18,816 bases of DNA from an uncultured Bacteroidota bacterium (lineage in GTDB: Bacteria; Bacteroidota; Bacteroidia; Bacteroidales; CG2-30-32-10), in NCBI GenBank assembly GCA_903847905.1, contig CAINEZ010000237.1, positions 1 through 18,816 of the forward strand, written 5' to 3'. Below the pieces are notes generated by a model. That model was given only the letters and a program-made list of their open reading frames with translations. It was not told the DNA's origin and did not search any database. Positions 1-7,745 of the stretch are shown piece by piece. Made by a program: the position numbers and the translations under genes. The number at the start of each line of letters is the position of its first letter. Positions within the stretch are counted from its first letter, which is position 1.

Positions 1-68
1 TGTAATTTTGTCCATTGGGTTTCTTATTGAGAGTTTGAAAACCCAAATTTCACCTTTTGGGTGATATA

Positions 69-114
69 AAAGACATCCTAAAGCTCTGTTTTATCAACAT
101 CTTTAGGTGTCTTT
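69..114. terminator. Hairpin, possibly a bidirectional terminator for an upstream gene outside the window
   Basis: AAAGACA-t-CCTAAAG (69-83) pairs with CTTTAGG-TGTCTTT (101-114). That is 14 bp with one bulged nt and a 17-nt loop, with T-rich sequence after it on both strands. Confidence 0.3.
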
Positions 115-397
115 ATTAACTTGTTTGCGACTTTTGGGTATTATTGACTCTTATAGCAACCCGCAGAGGGTATCATTTTATGTTTTTATATGGTTAACTT
201 TTGTTCTTTGGACTCTGAGTGACACCAATAAACAAATATTACATATGCGTAACATCCATAAAATAATTCGGAAATGATAAACTCTCTGTGAGCAGCGAGG
301 TAAAAAAACACCAACTATATAATACGATTTTCGCCCAATTAGCCAGGTTTTAAACCATAAAGAGATTTAATAAATTCAACATAAAAAATTAAACATC

Positions 398-2041
398 ATG
401 GACAAATCAACTAAATTCTCAATTTCAGGTAAAATAATTGATGTAATACAACAATGTATTATCGAAGGAACCATTAATGTTGAAAATGGTAAAATTATAT
501 CTGTTGAAAAAGGCGACAGTAAAGGCGGTCCCTTTATCATGCCCGGATTTATCGATTCGCATGTGCATATTGAAAGCTCAATGCTTATTCCATCGGAGTT
601 TGCTCGTATTGCAGTTACACATGGCACCGTGGCAACGGTTTCCGATCCCCATGAAATAGCTAACGTACTGGGAATAAACGGCGTAAAATTTATGATCGCT
701 AACGGGAAAAAAGTTCCATTTAAATTTTATTTCGGCGCTCCGTCATGTGTTCCTGCCACGCCATTCGAAACTTCCGGAGCTTCTCTTGGGATAAGTGAAA
801 CAGAAGAATTGCTAGAGCTTGATGATATTTATTATTTAGCAGAAATGATGAATTTTCCGGGTGTCCTTTTCGCCAATGAAGAAGTGATGGCAAAACTTTC
901 TTTAGCTAAAAAAATCGGGAAGCCTGTTGATGGTCATGCGCCCGGATTAAAAGGCACTGACGCAAAAAAATACGCTGACGCAGGAATTACTACTGATCAC
1001 GAATGCTTTGGAATGGAAGAAGCCATAGATAAAATAAAATGCGGCATGAAAATACTTATCCGTGAAGGAAGTGCCGCAAAAAACTTCGATGATCTTATTG
1101 GATTGCTCGATAAATACAGCGATTTTGTGATGTTCTGCTCGGATGATAAACATCCTGACGAATTGGAAAAATTTCATTTGAATTATCTTGCGAAAAGAGC
1201 TGTTTCAAAAGGGTACGATTCAATTAAAGTTATACGTTGTCTTACTTATAACCCGGTTAAACATTACGATCTTAATACGGGACTTCTGCAACCCGGCGAT
1301 GATGCAGATTTTATTATGGTAAGCGACCTAAAAGATTTTAATGTTAAAGCTACTTATATCAAAGGAATAAAAGTCGCTGAAAATGGGAAAAGCCTTATTC
1401 TTTCTGTTGATGAAAAACCCGTAAATAAATTCAACTGTAATAATATTACGGAAAAAGATATAGAAGTAAAAGCTGAAGGAGATATCATAAGGGTAATTGA
1501 AGCTCTTGAAGGTCAATTAATAACTAATTGTTTGGATATGCCTGCAAAAATTAAAGATGGATTTGTTGTAAGCGATACGGAAAGGGATATATTGAAAATT
1601 GTGGTCATTAACCGCTATCAACCTTCAAAACCTGCTGTTGCTTTTATAAAAAACTTTGGGCTGAAAGAAGGAGCAATTTCATCAACAGTAGCCCACGACA
1701 GTCATAATATCATTGCAGTTGGAGCTGACGATAGCTGCCTTGTTAAAGCTATCAATATAGTTATTAAAAATAAAGGCGGTATTTCGGTAATAAATGGCAA
1801 TAATGAATCATGTGTATTATCATTACCCGTTGCAGGCTTGATGTCAAACGCAGATGGGTATTCTGTTGCTTTAAAATATAAACAAATCGATCTTAAAGCA
1901 AAAGTTTTGGGGACTACGCTTGCCGCGCCTTTTATGACACTTTCATTTATGGCACTATTGGTAATTCCGCAAATAAAACTAAGCGACAAGGGATTGTTTG
2001 ATGGGTCTAAATTTGAGTTTATCTCCCTTTTCAGAAAATAA
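398..2041 (+). CDS. ade: Adenine deaminase (amidohydrolase superfamily)
   Basis: 547-aa ORF. It carries the metal-ligand motif PGFIDSHVHIESSML followed by HGTVATVSDPHEIANVLG. Length and motifs are typical of the Ade/AdeC family. Confidence 0.9.
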   Translation: MDKSTKFSISGKIIDVIQQCIIEGTINVENGKIISVEKGDSKGGPFIMPGFIDSHVHIESSMLIPSEFARIAVTHGTVATVSDPHEIANVLGINGVKFMIANGKKVPFKFYFGAPSCVPATPFETSGASLGISETEELLELDDIYYLAEMMNFPGVLFANEEVMAKLSLAKKIGKPVDGHAPGLKGTDAKKYADAGITTDHECFGMEEAIDKIKCGMKILIREGSAAKNFDDLIGLLDKYSDFVMFCSDDKHPDELEKFHLNYLAKRAVSKGYDSIKVIRCLTYNPVKHYDLNTGLLQPGDDADFIMVSDLKDFNVKATYIKGIKVAENGKSLILSVDEKPVNKFNCNNITEKDIEVKAEGDIIRVIEALEGQLITNCLDMPAKIKDGFVVSDTERDILKIVVINRYQPSKPAVAFIKNFGLKEGAISSTVAHDSHNIIAVGADDSCLVKAINIVIKNKGGISVINGNNESCVLSLPVAGLMSNADGYSVALKYKQIDLKAKVLGTTLAAPFMTLSFMALLVIPQIKLSDKGLFDGSKFEFISLFRK

Positions 2042-2051
2042 ATCTTAATTA

Positions 2052-2084
2052 TTTGTTCTTTTATATTAATTTTTTATACATTTG
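2052..2084 (+). promoter_or_regulatory. Candidate Bacteroidota sigma-A-type promoter for the first ArsR gene
   Basis: TTTG at 2052-2055 and TAcaTTTG at 2077-2084 (21 nt between them) fit the Bacteroides -33 TTTG / -7 TAnnTTTG consensus. It lies in the 65-nt gap between ade and the ATG at 2107. Confidence 0.4.
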
Positions 2085-2106
2085 TCCGATAATTCATTTT
2101 ATTATA

Positions 2107-2403
2107 ATGAATAAAACTGAAATTGATATAAAAAAATTAGAAGATGCTGCAGGCAGATTACGTGCAATTGCTCATCCTATGAGAATTGCTATAATTTCAA
2201 TGCTTGAAATTCATATTAAGTTAAATGTAACTGAAATCTACTTAAAGCTTAATATTGAGCAGGCAGCAGCTTCACATCATCTCAACATACTTAAAAATAA
2301 AGGGGTATTATCTTCTAAAAGGGAGGGGAAACAAACCTATTATTTCCTGAAAAATGATGCCATAGTAAATATAATCGACTGCATTAACAAGTGTAGTGGT
2401 TGA
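2107..2403 (+). CDS. ArsR/SmtB-family HTH transcriptional regulator lacking an alpha3 Cys site, with a C-terminal CxxxC
   Basis: 98 aa from ATG 2107; the ORF-track TTG at 2053 adds 18 hydrophobic residues over the promoter. The winged-HTH signature is AHPMRIAIISML...VTEI...LNIEQAAASHHLNILKNKGVLSSKREGKQTYY. The only cysteines are the C-terminal CINKC. Confidence 0.85.
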   Translation: MNKTEIDIKKLEDAAGRLRAIAHPMRIAIISMLEIHIKLNVTEIYLKLNIEQAAASHHLNILKNKGVLSSKREGKQTYYFLKNDAIVNIIDCINKCSG

Positions 2404-2433
2404 TTATTTAGTTTAGTTTGTTAGTTTGTATTT

Positions 2434-2484
2434 AAAAAATCTAACTTTTTGTCTTTTCATAGGGGATAATCAGTTAGATTTTTT
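2434..2484. terminator. Perfect 13-bp inverted repeat after the first ArsR gene (weak terminator or protein-binding dyad)
   Basis: AAAAAATCTAACT (2434-2446) is the exact reverse complement of AGTTAGATTTTTT (2472-2484). The loop is 25 nt and a T-run follows. The stem is AT-rich, so terminator strength is uncertain. Confidence 0.35.
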
Positions 2485-2530
2485 TTGTCCTTCAAAAAAA
2501 TTAACATTTTTTTTATTTTTTCATCAAAAA

Positions 2531-2551
2531 CATTTCGTAATTTTGCGAAAC
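2531..2551 (+). promoter_or_regulatory. Candidate -7 promoter box overlapping a TTTCG-N8-CGAAA dyad (copy 1 of a shared 12-mer)
   Basis: Sequence is catttcgTAATTTTGcgaaac. TAatTTTG (2538-2545) fits TAnnTTTG about 24 nt upstream of ATG 2569. The 12-mer catttcgtaatt recurs exactly at 3127-3138, and cgaaac recurs at 3150-3155. Confidence 0.35.
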
Positions 2552-2568
2552 ATAAAAACATATTTAAA

Positions 2569-2808
2569 ATGGAAATAAAAGTATTAGGCACAGGATGTGC
2601 AAATTGCAAAACACTTGAAAAAACAGTTTACAATGCTTTAGCCGAAATGAATTTAGATGCTAATGTTGAAAAGGTGGAAGACATTACTAAAATTATAGCT
2701 TATGGCGTAATGCGTACTCCGGCACTAGTAATTAACGAAAAAGTTATTTTTAGTGGAAGAGTCCCTTCAGTGAAAGAGCTAAGAGATATAATCGCCAATA
2801 ACCAGTGA
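2569..2808 (+). CDS. Small thioredoxin-fold protein of the 'redox-active disulfide protein 2' type (CxxC)
   Basis: 79 aa from ATG 2569. MEIKVLGTGCANCKTLE...GVMRTPALVINEKVIFSGRVPS has Cys10-x-x-Cys13 and no signal peptide. This is the architecture of the roughly 80-aa thioredoxin-like proteins usually found next to COG0701/ArsP-type permeases. Confidence 0.85.
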   Translation: MEIKVLGTGCANCKTLEKTVYNALAEMNLDANVEKVEDITKIIAYGVMRTPALVINEKVIFSGRVPSVKELRDIIANNQ

Positions 2809-2812
2809 TATT

Positions 2813-3112
2813 ATGGCTACAAAACCCAAGTTTACTGCTCAACACGAGCAAATTGCCCGTATTGCAAAAGCATTAAGTCATCCTGCACGTGTTTATATTT
2901 TAGAAAAACTGAATGGATTACAAACTTGTTGTACCAGTGGCGAAATGATAGGTGATATTCCTATTGCCCGTTCCACATTGTCACAGCATTTAAAGGAGTT
3001 AAAATATTCAGGATTGATACAGGGCGACATTGAACCACCTAAAATTAAATATTGTATTAATCGTAAAAACTGGAAAATTGCCAAAATGATTTTGAATGAT
3101 TTTATGAAATAA
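2813..3112 (+). CDS. arsR: ArsR-family metalloid-responsive repressor with a vicinal Cys pair in the alpha3 sensor position
   Basis: 99 aa. LSHPARVYILEKL...TCCTSGEM...IARSTLSQHLKELKYSGLI aligns with the ELCVCDL...ISRHLALLRESGLL region of classical ArsR. Cys39-Cys40 occupy the As(III)-binding position. Confidence 0.85.
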   Translation: MATKPKFTAQHEQIARIAKALSHPARVYILEKLNGLQTCCTSGEMIGDIPIARSTLSQHLKELKYSGLIQGDIEPPKIKYCINRKNWKIAKMILNDFMK

Positions 3113-3126
3113 TTTTTTAAAATTTT

Positions 3127-3155
3127 CATTTCGTAATTACTGAAAATAACGAAAC
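3127..3155 (+). promoter_or_regulatory. Copy 2 of the catttcgtaatt...cgaaac motif (internal promoter or operator candidate)
   Basis: catttcgtaatt (3127-3138) is identical to 2531-2542, and cgaaac (3150-3155) repeats 2546-2551 with a longer spacer. It lies in the 50-nt gap between arsR and the first CxxC lipoprotein gene. Confidence 0.3.
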
Positions 3156-3162
3156 CTACACT

Positions 3163-3594
3163 ATGAAAAAATATTTTATTTTTATACTAATCGCTTCTCT
3201 CTTTGCTTGTAAGCCTAAAAATAATAAGGAAAATAGCAGCACTTCAACAACTGTTTTTTTAACTCCAAAAGTAAGTGTTTATTACTTGCATCAAAAAAAA
3301 GGATGCATGACATGCAAAGCCATCAAAAGCATTTCTATATCCACAACTGAAAAATATTTTCAGAAAGAAATAAAAGATGGAACGCTTGCTTACTTTGATC
3401 TGGACATAAACCAGCCCGCAAATGATTCAATAGCTAAAAAATTTAAATGTACCTGGTCAGGATTGTATATTATATCGTATAATAATATCAATAAAGTTGC
3501 AGAAGACCTTACGGATGTTGCTTATATGTACGCCATAAATAAACCTGATACACTTGAACAAATTTTAAAATCAACTATTACTAAAAAATTATGA
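3163..3594 (+). CDS. Secreted CxxC lipoprotein, paralog 1 of 3 (thioredoxin-fold-like; possibly the family RefSeq labels ArsF-like)
   Basis: 143 aa. It has a lipoprotein signal with lipobox LFAC (Cys16) and the core VSVYYLHQKKGCMTCKAIK...IAKKF. This core aligns with the next two ORFs. The stop overlaps the next start (ATGA). Confidence 0.6.
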   Translation: MKKYFIFILIASLFACKPKNNKENSSTSTTVFLTPKVSVYYLHQKKGCMTCKAIKSISISTTEKYFQKEIKDGTLAYFDLDINQPANDSIAKKFKCTWSGLYIISYNNINKVAEDLTDVAYMYAINKPDTLEQILKSTITKKL

Positions 3595-4160
3595 AACGTA
3601 TGAGAAAATTTAAAAACTTATTTGTTTTAATGTTTGTTTTCTTGTTTTTGTTGTTTGTTTCGGCCTGCAATAACAGTGCAAATCAAAAAGTGAATGATGC
3701 CAAAGACAGCAGCGTTGTTAATAAAGATACGACAGCAACGTCAACGCAGAAAACCAACAAAGACACAATAACTGTAAGCTCGGCTTCAAAATCTTCCATA
3801 AAGGAATCGGCAAGTTTTGCCGAAAAACCGACTATATTAATTTACAATTTTTATGTTACCAATCGTTGCCCTTCATGTATTGCTATTGAAGAAGCCACTA
3901 CCAAAACCCTGAACACTTATTTTGCTGCCGAAGTAAAGCAGGGTCGAATAAAACGTCAAATATTAAATGTGGATGATGATGCCAATAAGAAAATTTCGGA
4001 AAAATATCAAGCTTTCGGATCAAGTCTTTTTGTTGTACGCGTTTTAAAAGGGAAGGAAACAACAACTGATCTTACAGGCGACGGATTCAAATTTGCAAAG
4101 AACAAAGAAGAAAAATTTATTGAAATATTAAAAGAAACGATTACTAAAGCTTTAAAATAA
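3591..4160 (+). CDS. Secreted CxxC lipoprotein, paralog 2 of 3, with a Ser/Thr/Lys-rich linker
   Basis: 189 aa. Lipobox VSAC (Cys26) is followed by a roughly 50-aa low-complexity linker (NSANQKVNDAKDSSVVNKDTTATSTQKTNKDTITVSSASKSS). The core is ILIYNFYVTNRCPSCIAIEE...ISEKYQAFGSSLF. Confidence 0.6.
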   Translation: MKRMRKFKNLFVLMFVFLFLLFVSACNNSANQKVNDAKDSSVVNKDTTATSTQKTNKDTITVSSASKSSIKESASFAEKPTILIYNFYVTNRCPSCIAIEEATTKTLNTYFAAEVKQGRIKRQILNVDDDANKKISEKYQAFGSSLFVVRVLKGKETTTDLTGDGFKFAKNKEEKFIEILKETITKALK

Positions 4161-4182
4161 CTCACTCTAAAAATTAAATGAT

Positions 4183-4617
4183 ATGAAAAAAATTTTGTTT
4201 TCGATTACTTTATCCTTTTTATCTGTTTTGTCGTTTGGTCAGGCAAAAGATAGTATAACAACAGATAAAAACATTAACTCTAAACTGAAAGTGCAGGTTT
4301 ATTATTTTCATTTAACAAATCGCTGCCATACATGCATGAGCATTGAATCAGAATTGCGAAAAACCATTGATTCTCTTTTTAAAACGGAACTTGATAGTGG
4401 AATTATTCGATTTGCTGCTTTGAATTGCGAGCTGCCTGAAAATGCCGATCTGGCAAAAAAATATGACGCTTATGGCGCCACATTAGCCCTTACAGAATAC
4501 AGGAACAGCAAAGAAATTAAAAAAGAAGATATCACATCATGGGCATTTTCGAAAGTTCATTTTCCTGAAGTTTTTTCAAAAGAACTAAAACAAAAAATTA
4601 ACGAATTCCTTAAATAA
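4183..4617 (+). CDS. Secreted CxxC protein, paralog 3 of 3 (SPase I-type signal, no lipobox)
   Basis: 144 aa. The signal peptide ends LSFGQA. The core is VQVYYFHLTNRCHTCMSIES...LAKKYDAYGATLAL. Confidence 0.6.
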   Translation: MKKILFSITLSFLSVLSFGQAKDSITTDKNINSKLKVQVYYFHLTNRCHTCMSIESELRKTIDSLFKTELDSGIIRFAALNCELPENADLAKKYDAYGATLALTEYRNSKEIKKEDITSWAFSKVHFPEVFSKELKQKINEFLK

Positions 4618-4623
4618 ACTAAA

Positions 4624-5331
4624 ATGGAATTTTTACAAAACCTTCTTGACAATACTTCCGTTCCGGTCTTGTATGCTTTTATTCTGGGATTAATGACTGC
4701 TATCAGTCCCTGCCCGCTTGCCACCAACATTACTGCCATTGGATATATCAGCAAGGATATAAAAAATAAAAAGAAAATTTTTATCAATGGTTTGCTTTAT
4801 ACTTTAGGCCGTGCAGTAAGTTATACAGGCTTAGGTGTTATTCTTTATTTTGGCGCAAGCAAATTTCATGTTGCAAAATTTTTCCAGTTATATGGAGAAA
4901 GAATTTTAGGACCACTACTTATTATTATAGGTTTCATAATGATGGACATGATAAAAATAAAAATCTCTGGATTAAGCAAAGTGTCTGAAAATTTGGAAAA
5001 GAAAAGCAGGTCAGGAAGTGGATGGAGCGCATTGTTATTGGGAATTATTTTTGCCCTTGCATTCTGTCCTTATAGCGGAGTGTTGTATTTTGGAATGTTG
5101 ATACCAATATCTATCAATAGTCCGGATGGTTTGTTTCTTCCTTTCGTTTTTGCCGTTGCTACTGGTCTTCCTGTTGTAATAATTGCTTACATTCTTGCAT
5201 TCAGCGTTTCAAGCATTGGTGGATTTTATAATAAAATTAAAGTTTTTGAAAAATGGTTTAGACGAGTTGTTGCTGTTGTATTTATTATTGTTGGTATTTA
5301 TTATATGTATATTTTTTATTTAAAGGGATAG
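4624..5331 (+). CDS. DsbD_2/CcdA-like polytopic membrane protein (possibly the family RefSeq labels ArsG-like)
   Basis: 235 aa with about 6 hydrophobic helices. Intramembrane Cys motifs are TAISPCPLATN (TM1) and ALAFCPYSGV (TM4), as in CcdA/DsbD-type thiol-disulfide conduits. Confidence 0.7.
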   Translation: MEFLQNLLDNTSVPVLYAFILGLMTAISPCPLATNITAIGYISKDIKNKKKIFINGLLYTLGRAVSYTGLGVILYFGASKFHVAKFFQLYGERILGPLLIIIGFIMMDMIKIKISGLSKVSENLEKKSRSGSGWSALLLGIIFALAFCPYSGVLYFGMLIPISINSPDGLFLPFVFAVATGLPVVIIAYILAFSVSSIGGFYNKIKVFEKWFRRVVAVVFIIVGIYYMYIFYLKG

Positions 5332-5335
5332 TAAG

Positions 5336-6373
5336 ATGAAAACTATTTTTTTTAAAAATTCAACAGGCAAAATAATATTGCCTTTATTATTGTTACCAAT
5401 TTGGTATTTGATCTATCATTATTTACAACCCTTTACCGATTGGGTAGTTTTTTCTGCGCTTGGCATGACTAAAGGCGAGCATCTGGCAGAAGCAATCTGT
5501 TTTTTTATTTTTGAATTTCCCAAAGTCATGTTATTACTTACTCTGATTATTTTCTTTGTAGGTATAATCCGTACTTTTTTCACTCCGGAGCGAACCCGCA
5601 AAACATTGGAGGGAAAGAAAACATTTACCGGAAACGTTATGGCTTCCATGCTTGGCATTGTTACTCCTTTTTGCTCATGTTCTGCCATTCCATTATTTCT
5701 GGGCTTTGTTGAGGCAGGTATTCCCTTAGGTGTTACCTTTTCATTTCTCATTGCAGCACCTATGATAAATGAAGTGGCTGTAATTCTCTTGTATGGCATG
5801 TTTGGTTGGAAAGTTGCATTAATATATATTGGAACAGGTTTGTTTATTGCAATAGTTGCAGGATGGATCATTGGTAAGCTTAGGCTTGAAAAGTGGATTG
5901 AACCCTGGGTGTACGAAACCAAGGTTGGTAAAAATACATTGGGTGAAGAAAAAACAAAATTCTCGGATAGAATAAAATTTGGCTACAATGCGATTATTGA
6001 TATTGTCGGAAAAGTTTGGTTGTACGTTGCATTAGGTATTGCTGTTGGCGCTGGTGCTCACGGTTATGTTCCTGCCGAATTTATGGTTTCATTTATGGGC
6101 AAAGACGTATGGTATGCTGTTCCTCTTTCCGTTTTAATAGGTATTCCTTTATATTCTAATGCTGCCGGAATAGTACCAATAGTTTCTGTTTTAATTGAAA
6201 AAGGCGCATCATTAGGAACAGCTCTATCTTTTATGATGTCTGTAATTGGTCTGTCATTGCCTGAAATGATCATTCTAAGAAAAGTACTGAAACTCCCTTT
6301 AATCTTTACATTTATTGTTATTGTTGGCGTTGGCATTATGATCGTTGGATTTTTATTTAATTGGATTTTTTAA
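5336..6373 (+). CDS. COG0701/DUF318 permease, ArsP-like (putative trivalent organoarsenical or metalloid efflux)
   Basis: 345 aa with about 8-10 TM segments. The signature TPFCSCSAIPLF lies at nt 5663-5683. The two-halves architecture matches the ArsP methylarsenite permease family. Confidence 0.7.
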   Translation: MKTIFFKNSTGKIILPLLLLPIWYLIYHYLQPFTDWVVFSALGMTKGEHLAEAICFFIFEFPKVMLLLTLIIFFVGIIRTFFTPERTRKTLEGKKTFTGNVMASMLGIVTPFCSCSAIPLFLGFVEAGIPLGVTFSFLIAAPMINEVAVILLYGMFGWKVALIYIGTGLFIAIVAGWIIGKLRLEKWIEPWVYETKVGKNTLGEEKTKFSDRIKFGYNAIIDIVGKVWLYVALGIAVGAGAHGYVPAEFMVSFMGKDVWYAVPLSVLIGIPLYSNAAGIVPIVSVLIEKGASLGTALSFMMSVIGLSLPEMIILRKVLKLPLIFTFIVIVGVGIMIVGFLFNWIF

Positions 6374-6418
6374 TTAATGATAAATATATATTTTAAGAAA
6401 TTTTCAATTTTTAAAATT

Positions 6419-7486
6419 ATGGAATCAAAGAAAAAACGATTAAAATTTTTAGACAGGTATTTGACCTTGTGGATTTTTATAGCCATGTTCATTGGTGTAT
6501 TTTCAGGTTATTTATTTCCTATCGTTGCCGATTTCTGGGATTCGCTGAAATCTTCGCCCGACAGCACTACTAATATTCCTATTGCAATAGGATTGATCCT
6601 TATGATGTATCCTCCACTTGCAAAAGTGAAATACGAGGAACTTGGAAAAGTATTTCGTAATTATAAAATACTCTCTATTTCACTAGTGCAGAATTGGATC
6701 ATTGGTCCCGTACTTATGTTTTTACTGGCAATAATTTTTTTGCAATTCAATATTGATTATATGTACGGATTAATATTGATAGGTCTTGCAAGATGTATTG
6801 CAATGGTTATTGTATGGAACGAACTTGCAAAAGGCGATACAGAATATTGCGCCGGACTTGTTGCTTTTAATTCAATTTTCCAGGTACTTTTCTTTTCTGT
6901 ATATGCTTATATTTTTATTGCTGTATTACCTGGCTGGTTTGGGTTGCCTACCAATTCTATTGTTGAAAAAATAACCATCGCTCAGATTGCAAAAAGCGTT
7001 TTCATTTATCTTGGGATTCCTTTTATTGCAGGATTTTTAACACGTACTATCCTTATTCGTGTAAAAAATAAGGAATGGTATCACACTAAATTTATTCCTA
7101 AGATAAGCCCGATTACATTGGTAGCACTGCTTTTCACAATCATCGTGATGTTTTCTTTAAAAGGCAAAAATATTGTTCAGCTTCCGTTTGATGTTATCCG
7201 TATCGCTATTCCGCTAACAATATATTTTATCATTATGTTCTTTGTATCTTTTATTATTAGCAGGAAAGCGAAAGCTACTTACGGACAATCAACGGCATTA
7301 TCATTTACGGCTGCCAGCAATAATTTTGAATTAGCTATTGCTGTCGCCATTGCAATTTTCGGTATTAACTCGGGTGAAGCATTTGTTGGAGTGATTGGTC
7401 CACTTGTGGAAGTGCCTGTTTTAATAAGCTTAGTGAATGTAGCTTTCTGGTTTAAGAAAAAATATTTTGAAATATCAAATCAATAA
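6419..7486 (+). CDS. acr3: Acr3-family arsenite efflux transporter
   Basis: 355 aa from ATG 6419; an alternative ATG at 6377 adds 14 aa. The N-terminus [19 protein letters not shown], the conserved [13 protein letters not shown]ys motif and [11 protein letters not shown]lu motif, and about 10 TM segments all fit Acr3. Confidence 0.92.
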   Translation: MESKKKRLKFLDRYLTLWIFIAMFIGVFSGYLFPIVADFWDSLKSSPDSTTNIPIAIGLILMMYPPLAKVKYEELGKVFRNYKILSISLVQNWIIGPVLMFLLAIIFLQFNIDYMYGLILIGLARCIAMVIVWNELAKGDTEYCAGLVAFNSIFQVLFFSVYAYIFIAVLPGWFGLPTNSIVEKITIAQIAKSVFIYLGIPFIAGFLTRTILIRVKNKEWYHTKFIPKISPITLVALLFTIIVMFSLKGKNIVQLPFDVIRIAIPLTIYFIIMFFVSFIISRKAKATYGQSTALSFTAASNNFELAIAVAIAIFGINSGEAFVGVIGPLVEVPVLISLVNVAFWFKKKYFEISNQ

Positions 7487-7489
7487 AAT

Positions 7490-7720
7490 ATGAAAGAAAA
7501 ATTCTGGTGTGTTTCCTGTAAGAATATTTTTGAGGCTATAGGAGTTAAAAAAGAATGGAAAGATCCGGTCTATGGACCTTGCATGAAGTTTGTTGCCATT
7601 TGTTCTTCATGCAAAACAGAATGCGATGAATACCGCGACCCTAATGCGCAGAAAAAACAAAGTTCATCGCAGGAAATGGCTTGCGGAGGAAATTGTCACA
7701 GTTGTGAATTTAATCATTAA
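7490..7720 (+). CDS. Small cytoplasmic Cys-rich protein (zinc-ribbon-like CxxC...CxxC plus a C-terminal CGGNCHSC tail)
   Basis: 76 aa with 9 Cys: C7xxC10, C31, C38xxC41xxxC45, C65xxxC69xxC72, ending EFNH. It starts 3 nt after the acr3 stop. I recognise no family. Confidence 0.5.
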   Translation: MKEKFWCVSCKNIFEAIGVKKEWKDPVYGPCMKFVAICSSCKTECDEYRDPNAQKKQSSSQEMACGGNCHSCEFNH

Positions 7721-7745
7721 AAAATAAAACTTAAAAACAATTAAC

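Noticed and set aside
121-397. Possible purine riboswitch upstream of adenine deaminase (there is a TATAAT stretch near 327)
   Set aside because: I could not find the conserved purine-riboswitch junctions and loops (UAUGG loop, GUUUCUACC junction, CCGACUA) or a three-way junction. Only generic AT-rich sequence is present.
376-1989. Minus-strand and alternate-frame ORFs inside ade (376-627, 477-659, 947-1177, 1328-1516, 1702-1989)
   Set aside because: These are shadow ORFs within a strongly supported adenine deaminase CDS, with low-complexity or hydrophobic translations and no motifs.
5419-6336. Minus-strand ORFs 5419-5922 and 6064-6336 inside the ArsP-like permease gene
   Set aside because: These are antisense shadows of a well-supported polytopic membrane protein gene.
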